Under the pieces are notes generated by a model that was given only the letters and a program-made list of their open reading frames with translations, ran no database searches and was not told where the DNA came from. Below are positions 32,523 to 45,972 of a stretch of DNA of 64,000 bases, piece after piece; position 1 is the first letter of the stretch; every line of letters starts with the position of its first letter. The position numbers and the translations under genes are program-made. Source of the DNA: Gammaproteobacteria bacterium (GTDB lineage: Bacteria; Pseudomonadota; Gammaproteobacteria; Eutrophobiales; Eutrophobiaceae); NCBI GenBank assembly GCA_965238225.1, contig OZ250183.1, forward strand, positions 1,344,001 through 1,408,000, in the 5' to 3' direction.

Positions 32523-34571
32523 ATGCCCAAGCAAACTAAGAACAATCTAGCTCACGAGACCAGTCCTTATTTATTGCAACATGCAAATAATCCGGTGAAT
32601 TGGTATGCGTGGAATAAAGTTGCCTTAAATAAGGCTAGCAAAGAGGATAAGCCTATCCTCCTGTCAATCGGATATTCTGCCTGCCACTGGTGTCATGTGA
32701 TGGCGCATGAATCATTTGAAGACGAAAAAACTGCTCAGATAATGAATACTCATTTCATTAATATTAAAGTCGATAGAGAAGAAAGACCGGATATCGATAA
32801 AATATATCAGACGGCACAACAAATCTTGACAGGAAAACCCGGCGGCTGGCCTTTAACGATGTTTCTTACGCCAAAAGGCCATATCCCTTTTTTTGGCGGC
32901 ACCTATTTCCCCGTGGAATCAAGATATGGGTTGCCGGGCTTTGCTGGGCTCTTAACAAGAATTTCAGAGTTTTATAAACAAAAAAAAGATTCTATTGCAA
33001 AACAAAATGATTCTTTTTTAACAAGCCTGCACAATGTAAATCAGCAATTAGCGCCAGATAAAACAGCAAAATTAAACCCCGAACCTCTACAGATAGCGAC
33101 ACAACAACTACAGCAAAATTTTGACCTGCAACATGGCGGGTTTGGTGATGCACCCAAATTTCCCCATTCTTCCAATCTTGAGCATTTACTTCGGCAACAC
33201 CTGAAAACAAATTATTTACAGAGTCAGGCTATCAATATGGCGGAACTCACGCTACGCAAAATGGCGCTTGGCGGTCTGTACGATCAGCTTGGCGGTGGCT
33301 TCTATCGCTATAGTGTTGACAAAGAATGGATGATTCCGCATTTTGAAAAGATGCTTTATGACAATGGTCTGTTGCTCACGCTTTATAGTCAGGCCTGGCA
33401 AGTTACAAAAACACCGCTGTTTAAACATATAGCTATTGGCACTGCCGATTGGATTATCAAGGAAATGCAAAGTCCTGAAGGAGGCTATTACTCCAGCCTA
33501 GATGCCGACTCTGAAGGAGTGGAAGGAAAATTTTATATTTGGGAAAAAGAAGAAGTCAGATCCCTGTTAAATACAGAAGAGTTTGAAGCCTTTGCAAAAT
33601 ATTTTGGCTTGGATCAAGTATCTAACTTTGAAGGTAAATGGCACCTTCGCCTCATGCAGGAAACTACTGATACAGGAGTATTAGAACTACTTGAGCAAGC
33701 CAAAGCAAAATTATTATTACAACGGGAAGCACGTGTCCGACCTAGCTGCGATAACAAGATACTGACTTCATGGAATGCGCTCGTGGTAAAAGGCATGGCA
33801 ACCGCAGCCTTTACCTTTAATGATGATAGATATCTCGCATCAACAGAAAATGCTCTGGAATTTATTTATCAAAACCTGTACACGGACGGGAAATTACTTG
33901 CCACATATAGAGAAGGTAAGGCGCATTTAAATGCCTATCTTGATGACTATGCCTTTCTCATTGATGCCATTTTAGCTTATTTACAATGTCGCTGGGATAA
34001 AAAATGGTTGAACATAGCAATTCGTCTGGCAGATGAACTGCTATGTTCATTTGAAGACAAAGAACATGGCGGCTTCTTTTTCACTGCCCATGATCATGAA
34101 AAACTAATCCAAAGAAGCAAGTCTTTTATGGATGATTCACTTCCATCTGGCAATGGGGTAGCAGCCTTGGCCTTTGAAAATTTAGGTCATCTATTAGGTA
34201 ACGCCCGCTATCTACAAGCATCAGAGTCGGCGCTTCGAGCCGCCTGGTTCTCAATTGAGAGATACCCATCCACTCATAATGCCCTCCTGCATGCGTTGGA
34301 AGAAAATATTTCCCCTGCAACAAGAATCGTCATTTTAGGAGAAGAAAATGAAAATACTCAATGGTTAGAGAAATACAGAACATTTCATAACCCATTTAAC
34401 AAGCTCATGTTTCTTCCTAAGAATGTTTCCGAACTTCCTGGAATCCTTAGTAAATACAGAACTGATAAATTGCCTGTTGCCTACATCTGTGCAGGGCATG
34501 CCTGCGCAGAACCTATATTTGATCTTGATTTCATTGGCAAAAGCCTGAACAATCCCCGCACGATAATATAA
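32523..34571 (+). CDS. Thioredoxin-domain YyaL/SPATA20-like protein
   Basis: [45 protein letters not shown]. Confidence 0.92.
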   Translation: MPKQTKNNLAHETSPYLLQHANNPVNWYAWNKVALNKASKEDKPILLSIGYSACHWCHVMAHESFEDEKTAQIMNTHFINIKVDREERPDIDKIYQTAQQILTGKPGGWPLTMFLTPKGHIPFFGGTYFPVESRYGLPGFAGLLTRISEFYKQKKDSIAKQNDSFLTSLHNVNQQLAPDKTAKLNPEPLQIATQQLQQNFDLQHGGFGDAPKFPHSSNLEHLLRQHLKTNYLQSQAINMAELTLRKMALGGLYDQLGGGFYRYSVDKEWMIPHFEKMLYDNGLLLTLYSQAWQVTKTPLFKHIAIGTADWIIKEMQSPEGGYYSSLDADSEGVEGKFYIWEKEEVRSLLNTEEFEAFAKYFGLDQVSNFEGKWHLRLMQETTDTGVLELLEQAKAKLLLQREARVRPSCDNKILTSWNALVVKGMATAAFTFNDDRYLASTENALEFIYQNLYTDGKLLATYREGKAHLNAYLDDYAFLIDAILAYLQCRWDKKWLNIAIRLADELLCSFEDKEHGGFFFTAHDHEKLIQRSKSFMDDSLPSGNGVAALAFENLGHLLGNARYLQASESALRAAWFSIERYPSTHNALLHALEENISPATRIVILGEENENTQWLEKYRTFHNPFNKLMFLPKNVSELPGILSKYRTDKLPVAYICAGHACAEPIFDLDFIGKSLNNPRTII

Positions 34572-34856
34572 TGTTTTACGGGTAATATGTGTTTTGTTGG
34601 TTGAGACCGTGGCAAAACGTGGTGTTTGGACTGTGGAAAAGCGCCCAGATGTGGCAGCTTGACACAGAAGAGTAATAAAAGTTTCTTCGCAAGCGACATG
34701 TTTGGACTGACTTTGAAATAATCGGCATCTGAAACAGGCCTGACTTAAAGAAAACAATAAATTTTTAACCCGATAATTTGCCATCAAAAACAAATCTTTA
34801 CCATTTTAAATGATTGTTGTTTAATAAATTAAAGTGTATCTGAGAGGTTTTAATTT

Positions 34857-36668
34857 ATGAGTTCTAATTCTAACAATAAAAGGTTACTGACTTGGGTTGA
34901 CGAAATGGCTACCCTCTGTCAACCAGACAATATCGTGTGGTGCGATGGCTCAGACGCAGAGTGGGATGCCATGTGGGACATTCTGGTCAAAAGCAAAACT
35001 GCTAGAAAAATAAATGAAGACAAACGTCCCAATAGCTACCACGTTAATTCGATCCCTGCTGATGTAGCACGTGTTGAAGACCGCACATACATCTGTTCTC
35101 TAAAGGAAGAAGATGCTGGACCTACCAATAACTGGTTTGATCCATCTATGATGCGTGAAAAAATGAACAGTATGTTTGCCCAGTGTATGAAAGGTCGCAC
35201 CATGTATGTCGTTCCTTTCAGTATGGGTCCTGTCGGATCAGACATTGCTCAAATTGGCGTTGAATTATCTGACTCTCCTTATGTTGTCACAAACATGCAC
35301 ATCATGGCTCGCGTAGGTCAGGATGTGCTTGATGTGCTTGGTGAAGATGGTGAATTCGTTCCTTGTATGCATTCTGTTGGTGTGCCTCTGGCTGAAGGTG
35401 AGAAAGATATGCCCTGGCCTTGTAACCCTGACAATCGTTATATCGTTCATTACCCGGAAACCCGCGAGATATGGTCTTTTGGTTCTGGTTATGGGGGTAA
35501 TGCGCTTTTAGGTAAAAAATGTTTTGCGTTGAGGATTGCGTCTACCATGGCGCGTGATGCAGGCTGGATGGCTGAGCACATGCTTATTCTCAAGCTGACA
35601 AGCCCTGAAGGCGTGGTTAAATTCATTGCTGGCGCTTTTCCAAGTGCCTGCGGCAAGACCAACCTAGCCATGCTGACACCGACTATACCAGGATGGAAAG
35701 TGGAAACCATTGGTGATGACATCTGCTGGATGAAGTTTGGTGAAGATGGTCAGCTTTATGCGATCAATCCTGAAGCAGGCTTCTTTGGTGTTGCTCCTGG
35801 TACAAGCATGCATTCAAATGCCAATGCTATGCTGTCTATGGAATCCAATGCCATTTTCACCAACGTCGCCAAAACCGATGATGGTGATGTCTGGTGGGAA
35901 GGAATGACCAAAGAGTTGCCTGCGCACCTCGTTGACTGGAAAGGTAATGACTGGACGCCGGATTCAGACGAACCTTCTTCGCACCCAAATGCTCGCTTCA
36001 CAGCACGCGCAGGTCAATGCCCTGTCATCGCTGATGAATGGGAAGACCCTAAAGGTGTCCCTATAAGTGCAATCTTATTTGGCGGGCGTCGTGCCTCTGT
36101 TGTGCCTTTGGTTGCAGAGGCTCTGGACTGGAATCACGGTACCTTTCTGGGCACCATTATCGCTTCTGAAATGACAGCGGCAGCTTTTGGTGCCATCGGC
36201 AAGTTACGTCGTGACCCTATGGCTATGCTGCCATTTTGTGGCTATAACATGGCTGATTACTGGAATCATTGGCTCGATATGGGTAAGAGAGAAGGCGCCA
36301 AAATGCCGAAGATATACTACGTCAACTGGTTCCGTAAAAATGATGCTGGTAAATTCATGTGGCCTGGTTTCGGCGAAAATAGCCGCGTACTAAAATGGGT
36401 ATTTGAACGTTGTACTGGCACTGCCGATGCTGTTAAAACAGCAATTGGTTACATGCCTACACTGAATAGCATCGATTTTGATGGCTTAGATATGACTAAA
36501 GAAGATATTGCCAATCTGATGCGGGTTGATACTGATGGTTGGTTGTCTGAACTCGCAGGTATAGAAGAATACTATGCAACATTCGGCAATCACCTGCCTA
36601 CAGAACTAAATAGTCAAGTGAAAGCTCTGCGTAAGCGTTTAGAAGATTCGAAACAGGCTGTTGCTTAA
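34857..36668 (+). CDS. pckG: Phosphoenolpyruvate carboxykinase (GTP)
   Basis: [58 protein letters not shown]. Confidence 0.96.
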   Translation: MSSNSNNKRLLTWVDEMATLCQPDNIVWCDGSDAEWDAMWDILVKSKTARKINEDKRPNSYHVNSIPADVARVEDRTYICSLKEEDAGPTNNWFDPSMMREKMNSMFAQCMKGRTMYVVPFSMGPVGSDIAQIGVELSDSPYVVTNMHIMARVGQDVLDVLGEDGEFVPCMHSVGVPLAEGEKDMPWPCNPDNRYIVHYPETREIWSFGSGYGGNALLGKKCFALRIASTMARDAGWMAEHMLILKLTSPEGVVKFIAGAFPSACGKTNLAMLTPTIPGWKVETIGDDICWMKFGEDGQLYAINPEAGFFGVAPGTSMHSNANAMLSMESNAIFTNVAKTDDGDVWWEGMTKELPAHLVDWKGNDWTPDSDEPSSHPNARFTARAGQCPVIADEWEDPKGVPISAILFGGRRASVVPLVAEALDWNHGTFLGTIIASEMTAAAFGAIGKLRRDPMAMLPFCGYNMADYWNHWLDMGKREGAKMPKIYYVNWFRKNDAGKFMWPGFGENSRVLKWVFERCTGTADAVKTAIGYMPTLNSIDFDGLDMTKEDIANLMRVDTDGWLSELAGIEEYYATFGNHLPTELNSQVKALRKRLEDSKQAVA

Positions 36669-36747
36669 TCGTTTCTCGTAAGGCACAGATTAAAATCTGA
36701 AAAACCCGCTAGTGGTGAATAGATGATAAGCAGGCCACTTAACTGTG

Positions 36748-37680
36748 TTATATGTCTCGTGCAAACGCTTCCTTGAATCTGACTTTGAATTCTTCTGTAG
36801 TGAAAAAATGATTCTGTGTACCATGGTTTTCAATTTTTATTGCCCCCATCAGTGAGGCAATTCGTCCTGTGGTTTCCCAATCCATATCATTCATCAGACC
36901 ATATAACAAGCCGGCACGATAAGCATCTCCACAGCCTGTGGGATCTTCAAGTTTTGATGGTGTTGCGACAGGTATTTCATAACATTTTTCCTTTGTATAA
37001 ATTAATGATCCTTCGCCTCCTTTGGTAACGATTAATGCATTTACCGATTCTAAAACATCACGAAGAATTATATCAGTACGATCCTGCATCATCTGCCACT
37101 CATAATCATTGACAGTCACCCACGTTGCCTGATTAAGAAAAGTTTTTAAATCTTCAGATTCAAACATTGCTAGACCTTGGCCTGGATCAAATATAAAAGG
37201 AATATCTGCTTCAGCAAACTGACTAGCATGTTGAATCATGCCATCGCGACCATCAGGAGAGATAATTCCGATATCTATTTCTTTAGTATAAGACACCTTA
37301 TTTTGATGGGAAAAATACATAGCTCCCGGATGAAATGCGGTAATCTGATTATCATCTATATCCGTGATGATAAACGCCTGAGCAGTAAATGATTCCTCTA
37401 TAATTTTTAAATACGTCTGATCAATATTATTTTTCTGCATCCAGTAACGGTACGGATCAAAATCCTTACCTACCGTACCCATAGGCACGGCATTGCCTTC
37501 CAATAGCTTCAGATTAAAAGCAATATTGCCTGCGCAGCCACCAAATTCTCGCCTTATATCTGGCACCATAAAACAAACATTCAGCATATGTACCTTGTCC
37601 GGCAATATATGGCTCTTGAACTTATCAGGAAAGATCATGATATTATCATAGGCAAATGAGCCACAGATAAGCGCTAACAT
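36748..37680 (-). CDS. PfkB-family carbohydrate/nucleoside kinase (adenosine kinase-like)
   Basis: GGCAGNIA, FDPGQ, DPTGCGDAYRAG. Confidence 0.9.
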   Translation of the reverse strand: MLALICGSFAYDNIMIFPDKFKSHILPDKVHMLNVCFMVPDIRREFGGCAGNIAFNLKLLEGNAVPMGTVGKDFDPYRYWMQKNNIDQTYLKIIEESFTAQAFIITDIDDNQITAFHPGAMYFSHQNKVSYTKEIDIGIISPDGRDGMIQHASQFAEADIPFIFDPGQGLAMFESEDLKTFLNQATWVTVNDYEWQMMQDRTDIILRDVLESVNALIVTKGGEGSLIYTKEKCYEIPVATPSKLEDPTGCGDAYRAGLLYGLMNDMDWETTGRIASLMGAIKIENHGTQNHFFTTEEFKVRFKEAFARDI

Positions 37681-37710
37681 TAAATATTATTTCTTTAAAT
37701 TATTATTTTT

Positions 37711-38301
37711 TTAGAAAAATACTGCGCGTCCAAACAGAAATTTGTGCGACCATAGGAGCAATATAAAACCGAACATGGCTATACCGATGACAATTGCGTC
37801 TTTATTTGCTGGCATCTTTTCCTGAACATCTTGATCAGTGCTTTCATCATACGTACGTCTATTTGCTAATATGATGGCTGTAACTGAATAAACTACAAAG
37901 CTACCAAACAAAATGAGCGAGACAATATCGCCATTGGTTATCATGTGCATCACACCCCAGATAATAATACCAGTTAACATAGGGTGTGGGACATAATGCT
38001 TAATATTATTCGGCATATAAGCAGAAACCATTAAGACAAACGACACAAAAATTAAAATAACAGAGATATATCGAGAAATTCCTGAAGTCTCCCAAAGACC
38101 AATAAATTCTGTCGAACCTTTACCAACACCAATAAAGATTAATCCAATCAGTGCAACAACGCTGAAAATAATTTTATACATATCTTCAGAATCAATTGTC
38201 TCATTATCTATTTTCTCTATCAGCTGTTTTCTATATTCAGGATAGAAGGGCAGCATGTGTACACCGAAAAATAGCACCAAACCTAATATAAAAAATAACA
38301 T
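37711..38301 (-). CDS. NnrU-family membrane protein
   Basis: GLVLFFGVH, HPMLTG..IW..H...NG motifs. Confidence 0.75.
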   Translation of the reverse strand: MLFFILGLVLFFGVHMLPFYPEYRKQLIEKIDNETIDSEDMYKIIFSVVALIGLIFIGVGKGSTEFIGLWETSGISRYISVILIFVSFVLMVSAYMPNNIKHYVPHPMLTGIIIWGVMHMITNGDIVSLILFGSFVVYSVTAIILANRRTYDESTDQDVQEKMPANKDAIVIGIAMFGFILLLWSHKFLFGRAVFF

Positions 38302-38318
38302 TTCAACTCTCCTTTTAT

Positions 38319-39533
38319 TTACTTGATATAACTTACACGCCAGATTTTGCCTGCTCCATCGTCACTGATCAAGAGTGATCCATCAGGCATTTGCAATACT
38401 GCCACAGGTCGACCCCACACTTCGACCTTGTCCTCAGCCAACATCCAGCCAGTCAAAAAATCTTCAGGCTCTGATACTGGCTTACCATCTTTAAAAGGCA
38501 CGAAGACAATCTTATAACCAGTACGCTTTGATCGATTCCACGAGCCATGCAAAGCTATAAATGCACCGCCTCGATATTTTTCTGGGAATTGTGTGCCCGT
38601 GTAAAATGTAAAGTCCAGCGAACCGACATGTGCGCCCAACAAAACGCTTGGATAGAGTGTTTGCTTGACTTTGTCCGGTGCAACACCTGTATGACGAGGA
38701 TCTTCATGTGGCCCAATATAAGCATACGGCCAACCATAGAATCCACCTTCTTGTACTTTGGTGAAATAATCCGGCACCAGATCATCTCCTAAACCATCCC
38801 GTTCATGAGATGTAACCCATAATGTTTTCCCAGAAAAGCTATTTGAACTGGCATTTTTCGTATCTGGATACCATTGCAGTCCAATGGGATTTCGAATACC
38901 GGTGGCAACCAGTTCAAAACCTGTTCCATCTGGATTAAAGCGACTCACTGCTGCTCGAATCGGAGGCTCGTCTCGATCAACATTCGAACCTGAACCCACG
39001 GTAAGATAGAGTTTTTGAGCAGTCTCATCAAACAGGATAGAGCGTGTATTATGTCCACTAACATAACGATGTAAAGAGATCACTTCTTCGCCTTTTCTTA
39101 CGCTTCCCTGTTTTAACGGGTATTTGTAACGCTTCACCGAACTGGTCTCAGCGACATATAACCAATCTTTATAGAATGCCATACCATAAGGACGATGTAA
39201 GTGTGTAATTAATGGCAACGCCTTTCTATCGCGTATGACATGGACAATCCCCGCCGACATATCTGAGAGCAGAATTTCATTATCAGAGCCAAGCAACATG
39301 AATCTAGGTCTCAAGAAACCAGATAAATATTCTTCGACAACAAAGCCTCGCGGCACTAAAAGAGACGCTTTTTTCGGTTGCGATATCAATTTGGGTGGAT
39401 TGATTGCAGATTTGGTATGATAAGGTTCTGGGAGGCCTTGCCAATTTACAGGCAATTCAGAGTGCATATCAGCAACACTGAGACGAGTCAAAATCAGTAG
39501 AAGAAAGAAGCAAATGATTATTTTCAATTTCAT
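38319..39533 (-). CDS. Exported PQQ-dependent sugar/sorbosone dehydrogenase-like beta-propeller
   Basis: Signal peptide; [37 protein letters not shown]...DGSLLISDD. Confidence 0.85.
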   Translation of the reverse strand: MKLKIIICFFLLLILTRLSVADMHSELPVNWQGLPEPYHTKSAINPPKLISQPKKASLLVPRGFVVEEYLSGFLRPRFMLLGSDNEILLSDMSAGIVHVIRDRKALPLITHLHRPYGMAFYKDWLYVAETSSVKRYKYPLKQGSVRKGEEVISLHRYVSGHNTRSILFDETAQKLYLTVGSGSNVDRDEPPIRAAVSRFNPDGTGFELVATGIRNPIGLQWYPDTKNASSNSFSGKTLWVTSHERDGLGDDLVPDYFTKVQEGGFYGWPYAYIGPHEDPRHTGVAPDKVKQTLYPSVLLGAHVGSLDFTFYTGTQFPEKYRGGAFIALHGSWNRSKRTGYKIVFVPFKDGKPVSEPEDFLTGWMLAEDKVEVWGRPVAVLQMPDGSLLISDDGAGKIWRVSYIK

Positions 39534-42511
39534 GATGTCAGTACTATATCTTTTCCGGCTATTTTGCTTTTGCTTGTTTTTTTCTTACTTGTCTTTTTTT
39601 TATTCTTCGATGTTTTTCTATTTCGTTTCTTTACCAAATTAACACACGCCTTATCATTTCGTTCAAACAAGGGTTTTAAATAATGTCCAGTATATGATCT
39701 TTTGTTAACTGCAACTTCTACAGGCGATCCTACAGCAACAATCTCGCCACCACCATCACCACCTTCCGGGCCTAAGTCAATGATCCAGTCAGCTGTCTTT
39801 ATCACATCCAGATTGTGTTCAATCACCACCACGGTATTCCCATGCTCACGAAGCCGATACAATACCTGCAATAATTGTTCAATATCATGAAAATGTAAAC
39901 CAGTAGTTGGTTCATCCAGTATATACAAAGTCTGACCTGTATCTCTTTTTGATAATTCGCGAGAGAGTTTAATTCGTTGTGCCTCACCGCCAGATAATGT
40001 CGTCGCGTTCTGCCCTAATTTAATGTAGGCAAGTCCTACATCGATAAGCGTCTGCAATTTACGCGCAATCACTGGAACTGGATCAAAAAATACTCTGGCC
40101 TCCTCAACCGTCATATCCAATGTTTGGCGAATATTTTTACCTTTATACAGAACATCCAGCGTTTCTCTATTATAGCGTTGGCCTTGACATATATCACAAG
40201 CCACGTAGATATCTGGTAGAAAATGCATTCCCACTTTAATAACGCCATCGCCTTGACAGGCTTCACAACGTCCACCTTTAACATTAAAGCTGAAGCGCCC
40301 CGGCTTATAACCGCGCGAGCGTGCTTCATGAGTGGCAGAAAATAATTCCCGAATAGGAGTAAAAAGTCCTGTATAAGTTGCTGGATTTGAACGCGGCGTT
40401 CTTCCTATTGAACTTTGATTGATATCGACAACCTTATCAAGCCAATCAAGACCCGTGACAGATTTGAATGGCGCTGGTTCAAGGCTGGATCCATTAATCT
40501 CACGTGCAACAATCTTATACAAGGTTTCGTTAATTAAGGTTGATTTTCCTGAGCCTGAAACACCAGTGACACAAGTCATTAAACCAATGGGTAATTCGAT
40601 GTTTACATCTTTTAAGTTGTTTCCAGTCGCACCTTTTAACTTAAGCACTTTGGCATTGTCAAACGGCGTTGTTTGTGCAGGAATATTAATTTGTCTTGTT
40701 CTTGACAAAAACTGTCCAGTCACTGATTGCTTGCTTTTGATGATATCCTTGGGTAAACCTTGCGCTATAACATTGCCGCCATGTGCTCCAGCACCAATAC
40801 CTATATCAATAACGTGATCTGCTGCAAGAATCGCTTCTTCATCATGCTCAACAACGATTATAGTATTACCCATGTCTCTTAGGTGTTCTAAAGTTGTCAG
40901 CAAGCGTCGATTATCACGCTGATGTAAGCCAATAGAAGGTTCGTCCAATACATACATAACACCGACCAGACCTGCGCCAATCTGGCTCGCCAAGCGAATA
41001 CGTTGCGCCTCTCCTCCTGATAAAGTTTCAGCGCTGCGATTCAAAGTTAAATAATCCAAGCCGACATTAACCAAAAATTGCAAACGAGCAATTACTTCTT
41101 TTAAAATCTTGCCAGCAATCTCAGCACGGTGACCTTCCATCTTTAATTCTAAAAAAAACTTTCTTGCAACATCAACTGGCATTGCAGTGATATCAGGCAG
41201 GATGCAATCATTAACAAAGACATGGCGTGCGGCTACATTTAATCGAGTGCCATGACACGCTGGGCATGATCGGCTATTCATATATTTGGCTAGCTGTTCA
41301 CGTACCATGCCTGATTCAGTTTCATGATAACGACGACGCATGTTTGGGATCACCCCTTCAAAGACATGCCTTTTCTTAATTACACCTTGCCTATCATTTA
41401 AATATTTGAAATTAATTTCTTCATCACCGCTGCCGTAGAGAATAATATCTTGAATTTCATCTGCAAGATCGCAAAAAGGTGTATCTATATGAAATTTATA
41501 GTGGCTGGCTAAAGATTTAATTAATTGAAAATAATAGGCATTGCGTCTATCCCAACCGCGAATTGCACCACCAGGTAAAGTTAGTTGTTTATGCTGAACA
41601 ACACGGGCAGGATCAAAAAATTGTTCAACACCAAGACCATCACAACCAGTACAGGCTCCGGCGGGATTGTTAAATGAGAATATGCGAGGCTCCAGCTCAT
41701 TTAGACTATATCCGCATTGACGACAGGCAAAGCGAGAAGAAAAAATCATCTCCTCTGCGAGCGTTATTTTTGCTTTATGCTCCTGCCTGTTTGAATCTGG
41801 CATAGGCACAACCATGGCAACACCATCCGAAAGACGGATAGCCGTTTCAAATGATTCTGACAAGCGCAGTTTTAGATCAGAATGTACTTTAAAACGATCA
41901 ATCACAGCTTCGATATCGTGTTTCTTGTGTAAATCCAGTTCCGGCACGTCGTCCAATTCTCTCACAATGCCATTGATACGTGCACGCACAAAACCCTCGC
42001 TGCGCAAACGATCAATTAATTGCAAATGTTCTCCCTTACGTCCTTGCACTACAGGCGCGAGCAACATGAAACGTCTGCCTTCTGGCTCTTCTAATACATG
42101 ATCCACCATCTGGCTGATGGTCTGTGCTGCTAAGGGGATATTATGTTTTGGGCAACGCGGCTCACCGACTCTGGCAAACAACAATCTAAGATAGTCATAA
42201 ATCTCTGTAATGGTGCCCACGGTAGAACGCGGATTATACAATGTTGATTTTTGTTCAATAGAAATAGCAGGTGACAGACCTTCAATTAAATCAACATCCG
42301 GTTTTTCCATAATAGACAGAAACTGTCTGGCATAGGTAGAAAGTGACTCGACATAACGACGCTGACCTTCGGCATAAATCGTATCAAATGCCAGAGAAGA
42401 TTTGCCCGAACCTGACAAACCTGTGATAACAATCAGCTTGTCACGAGGGATATCAAGATCAACATTCTTCAGGTTATGCGTACGTACACCGCGTAATCGG
42501 ATTGTGTCCAT
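39530..42511 (-). CDS. uvrA: Excinuclease ABC subunit A
   Basis: Two ABC ATPase modules ([25 protein letters not shown]) and zinc fingers. Confidence 0.98.
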   Translation of the reverse strand: MDTIRLRGVRTHNLKNVDLDIPRDKLIVITGLSGSGKSSLAFDTIYAEGQRRYVESLSTYARQFLSIMEKPDVDLIEGLSPAISIEQKSTLYNPRSTVGTITEIYDYLRLLFARVGEPRCPKHNIPLAAQTISQMVDHVLEEPEGRRFMLLAPVVQGRKGEHLQLIDRLRSEGFVRARINGIVRELDDVPELDLHKKHDIEAVIDRFKVHSDLKLRLSESFETAIRLSDGVAMVVPMPDSNRQEHKAKITLAEEMIFSSRFACRQCGYSLNELEPRIFSFNNPAGACTGCDGLGVEQFFDPARVVQHKQLTLPGGAIRGWDRRNAYYFQLIKSLASHYKFHIDTPFCDLADEIQDIILYGSGDEEINFKYLNDRQGVIKKRHVFEGVIPNMRRRYHETESGMVREQLAKYMNSRSCPACHGTRLNVAARHVFVNDCILPDITAMPVDVARKFFLELKMEGHRAEIAGKILKEVIARLQFLVNVGLDYLTLNRSAETLSGGEAQRIRLASQIGAGLVGVMYVLDEPSIGLHQRDNRRLLTTLEHLRDMGNTIIVVEHDEEAILAADHVIDIGIGAGAHGGNVIAQGLPKDIIKSKQSVTGQFLSRTRQINIPAQTTPFDNAKVLKLKGATGNNLKDVNIELPIGLMTCVTGVSGSGKSTLINETLYKIVAREINGSSLEPAPFKSVTGLDWLDKVVDINQSSIGRTPRSNPATYTGLFTPIRELFSATHEARSRGYKPGRFSFNVKGGRCEACQGDGVIKVGMHFLPDIYVACDICQGQRYNRETLDVLYKGKNIRQTLDMTVEEARVFFDPVPVIARKLQTLIDVGLAYIKLGQNATTLSGGEAQRIKLSRELSKRDTGQTLYILDEPTTGLHFHDIEQLLQVLYRLREHGNTVVVIEHNLDVIKTADWIIDLGPEGGDGGGEIVAVGSPVEVAVNKRSYTGHYLKPLFERNDKACVNLVKKRNRKTSKNKKKTSKKKTSKSKIAGKDIVLTS

Positions 42512-42633
42512 GAATGCGTTTTGTCTTCACTGGTATAAACCTCTAAGTATATAACATTGTTTAAAGAAGTCGTTACTGGCAATATGTGCTTTTTTTTAAA
42601 CGCTTGGACTAGATTAAAAGACATAATTAAGGC

Positions 42634-43857
42634 ATGCAACCTAATGAAAAAATGACAGCGATAGAACTTAAGGGAAGCTTAAGTCTGGCGTCTGTCTTGT
42701 TCTTTAGAATGCTGGGGCTGTTTCTGATATTGCCAGTTTTTACCCTCTATGCCAGAACCCTGGCTGAGGCAACACCTATATTAATAGGGCTTGCCTTTGG
42801 CATATACGGGCTCACTCAAGCATCTCTACAAATCCCCTTTGGTATGTTGTCAGATAAGCTTGGCAGAAAACCTATTATCTTTGCTGGCCTATTAATATTC
42901 GCAACAGGTAGTCTGATTGCAAGTTGTGCTGATTCCATCTGGGTAATGATCATAGGGCGTGCATTACAAGGTGCAGGTGCAATTTCTGCCGCACTCATGG
43001 CCTTGGCTGCAGACATCACCCGTGAACAACAAAGAATCAAAGCTATGACCTTGATTGGTATCAGTATTGGTTTTGCATTTTCACTGGCATTTATTGCTGG
43101 CCCATTACTGAGTGCGTCGATTGGTGTTTCCGGGATATTTATGCTTAGTGCAATCTTTTCTGTGTTAGCTATCATCGTGCTTTACTGCCTAGTGCCTACA
43201 CCGAAATCTTCTTCTTTCCACGCTGACACAGAAGTCTCTTTAAAAATGTTGAGAAATATATTAAGGGATCGAAATCTTCTTAGATTAAATATTGGCATCT
43301 TTATCCTGCATACCGTGTTGATGGCTAATTTTATTGTGATACCTATAGCCATGCAAGATTACGCGGGGCTTACATCAGTGCAACATTGGAAGATATATCT
43401 GCCTGTATTACTCGCATCTCTTGTGTTTATGGCACCGGCGATTATGCTGGGAGCGCGCAAAAAAGAATTGCTGGAACTAAGCCATAATAATCACGATATT
43501 GGCATTTATTTCAAGGCAGCCGTGCTCATGCTTGCAGCCTCACAAATAGGTTACTTTTTCTGTCATAATACATTAATAACATTAGCGTTTATGCTGCTTA
43601 TGTTTTTCACAGCTTTCAACTATCTGGAGGCATCATTGCCTTCACTGATTTCAATAATGTCATCAAAAAACAGCAAAGGCACAGCGCTTGGAGTCTATGC
43701 TTCATCTCAGTTCATGGGAACATTTACGGGCGGGCTAATTGGTGGCATGATCCATGAATATTTTGGACTATCTGCGGTATTCATTTTTGGGGCTGCCTTG
43801 GCATTGATTTGGTTTTTGCTGGTCTTGCTGCCAGCAAATGAATCCACAAGAAATTGA
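42634..43857 (+). CDS. MFS transporter (YajR-like)
   Basis: RMLGLFLILPVF, LSDKLGRKP; usual uvrA-MFS-ssb context. Confidence 0.9.
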   Translation: MQPNEKMTAIELKGSLSLASVLFFRMLGLFLILPVFTLYARTLAEATPILIGLAFGIYGLTQASLQIPFGMLSDKLGRKPIIFAGLLIFATGSLIASCADSIWVMIIGRALQGAGAISAALMALAADITREQQRIKAMTLIGISIGFAFSLAFIAGPLLSASIGVSGIFMLSAIFSVLAIIVLYCLVPTPKSSSFHADTEVSLKMLRNILRDRNLLRLNIGIFILHTVLMANFIVIPIAMQDYAGLTSVQHWKIYLPVLLASLVFMAPAIMLGARKKELLELSHNNHDIGIYFKAAVLMLAASQIGYFFCHNTLITLAFMLLMFFTAFNYLEASLPSLISIMSSKNSKGTALGVYASSQFMGTFTGGLIGGMIHEYFGLSAVFIFGAALALIWFLLVLLPANESTRN

Positions 43858-43898
43858 CCCAAAACAAGCAATAATAAAAATTTAAGAGGAAATAAAAA

Positions 43899-44360
43899 AT
43901 GGCCAGAGGCGTAAACAAAGCAATTATTTTAGGATCACTGGGACAGGATCCTGACATCAGATACACTGCTGCCGGCGCGACCGTTGCAAATATAAGTATC
44001 GCAACGAACGAACAATGGAAAGACAAAGAATCTGGGGAAATGCAAGAACGTACTGAGTGGCATCGTGTTGTTTTTTTCGGTCGTCTGGCTGAAATCGTTG
44101 GCGAATATTTGCGCAGGGGTTCTCAGGTTTATGTTGAAGGTCGAATACAGACCAGAAAATGGCAGGACAAAGAAGGGCATGACCGCTATACCACAGAAAT
44201 TGTCGCCAGCGAGATGCAAATGCTGGGCAGTAAAAGTGGTGGGTCAACTGAGAGTTTTGACCAAACACCCAAGGCAGAGCAATCAACATCGACAACATCA
44301 AGCCCTACGGACTCAAGCAATCAATCGAATAATGATTTTGATGATGATATTCCGTTTTAG
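43899..44360 (+). CDS. ssb: Single-stranded DNA-binding protein
   Basis: MARGVNK...[10 protein letters not shown]...DFDDDIPF. Confidence 0.98.
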   Translation: MARGVNKAIILGSLGQDPDIRYTAAGATVANISIATNEQWKDKESGEMQERTEWHRVVFFGRLAEIVGEYLRRGSQVYVEGRIQTRKWQDKEGHDRYTTEIVASEMQMLGSKSGGSTESFDQTPKAEQSTSTTSSPTDSSNQSNNDFDDDIPF

Positions 44361-44437
44361 AACCCACTTTACAATAACCATACCTGTCGAGAGTATCCGC
44401 GAAACCAGATAGCTTACATAGTGCCAAGACTGTGCGG

Positions 44438-45754
44438 TTAATTAAAACCTATGTATTTGATAAATTGATTGATAAATTCTGGTTCTTGTGTGGCAACAAT
44501 CACCATAATGATAATATTGAACACAGCGATAATAAAAAAGATATGTGGAATATCTGCGCCTGCTTTAGTGAGCAAAATGATTGATATTGCGGAAACCACC
44601 ATAAATAATGCATTAATAATATTATTTGCTGCGATGATTCTGGAACGATGACGAGGATTACTTTTTTGCTGCATTGTGGCATACAGAGGAACTATATATA
44701 AGCCTCCAGATAAACCAATCATGCCGAAGTCGATCAACACGTGCCAGTGACTTAAATATTGTAGAAACATACTGGCGCTTAATAACTCACCTTCTGTCAG
44801 TCTTATATCCGGCAATGAAATAAAAGACAGATCAATTGCAAAAAGTGTTAGCCCTATAGCGCCTATCGGCACTAACCCCAGATTGATATGTTTGTATGAT
44901 AATTTTTCACACAGTAATGAGCCTGCGCCTACGCCAATTGAAAATGCAGTAAGTATGATTGTCGCTATTTTTTCATCAGCGTTTAAAATATCTGGCGTAT
45001 AGGTAAATATTAAAGATAAAAAAGTAGCGCCGTAGAACCAGAACCACGAAATACTAATTACTGCCCAAAAAACAATTCGGTTTTCTCTGGAAAATTTAAT
45101 AATTTTGATAGTCTCTGAAAAAAAATTCCAGTTGATGCGAAGTGATGGATCGGGTGCAAGTGCTTTAGGTATAAAAAAGCTGGCAACCCAACCCGCCGCC
45201 GCAAGCAAGATAATCAAGGCAGAAACATAAAGACCCCCATTAGGATTCATTATGATAAGAACGCCACCAATAACCGTCCCCGATAATATAGCCAGATATG
45301 TGCCCATCTGAATCATACCATTGCCACCAATCATCTCATCCTCTGATAAAAGTTGCGGGAGAATGCTGTATTTTAAAGGGCCAAATAATGCTGACTGCAT
45401 CCCCATAAAAAATAAAACTGTTAGTAGTATAGGGACACTCATAAAATAAAATCCCAGACTTGCCACGCACATAATTATAATCTCGATGAACTTGATTCGA
45501 CGGATTAACATAGATTTTTCAAATTTGTCGGCCAATTGACCGGCTGTGGCAGAAAAAAGAAAGAAAGGCAATATGAATATACCTGACGCAATAGTCACTA
45601 AAATAGTACCGTTGGCTCCTATCTGTTTGGCAAGAGAGAATGCTATTAAAATGGCGATTGCATTTTTAAAAACATTATCATTAAGCGCACCTAGAAACTG
45701 AGTGCTGAATATAGGTAAAAATCGATTGTATTTTAATAAGCTAAACTGGTTCAT
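44438..45754 (-). CDS. MFS transporter (LplT/Aas-MFS-like)
   Basis: TQFLGALNDNVFKN, FGPLKYSILP, RSRIIAANNI. Confidence 0.88.
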   Translation of the reverse strand: MNQFSLLKYNRFLPIFSTQFLGALNDNVFKNAIAILIAFSLAKQIGANGTILVTIASGIFILPFFLFSATAGQLADKFEKSMLIRRIKFIEIIIMCVASLGFYFMSVPILLTVLFFMGMQSALFGPLKYSILPQLLSEDEMIGGNGMIQMGTYLAILSGTVIGGVLIIMNPNGGLYVSALIILLAAAGWVASFFIPKALAPDPSLRINWNFFSETIKIIKFSRENRIVFWAVISISWFWFYGATFLSLIFTYTPDILNADEKIATIILTAFSIGVGAGSLLCEKLSYKHINLGLVPIGAIGLTLFAIDLSFISLPDIRLTEGELLSASMFLQYLSHWHVLIDFGMIGLSGGLYIVPLYATMQQKSNPRHRSRIIAANNIINALFMVVSAISIILLTKAGADIPHIFFIIAVFNIIIMVIVATQEPEFINQFIKYIGFN

Positions 45755-45972
45755 AATCAGATCAATTAGATTGAATTCCTGTTAATTTATTCGACAATAT
45801 ATGCTACCGATTCACAATCATATTATCAAATAATTGACCACAAGCTAATTCCGCTTTTCTTCATATAGTTTAATTCCCCATTCTTGTTGCGGGGATTTTT
45901 ATTGGTTTACTTTGGGGTAATATGTAAAATCATACTGACAGAAGAACTCGATAGAGAGAAATAGAACACAAC

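Noticed and set aside
34572-34856. Structured RNA or gene relic upstream of pckG (TGTTTGGACTG occurs twice)
   Set aside because: No recognisable riboswitch fold or protein motif in the frames read; the ORFs here overlap the upstream gene antisense.
42512-42633. LexA box upstream of uvrA
   Set aside because: CTGGTATAAACC lacks the CAG half-site at the CTG-N10-CAG spacing.
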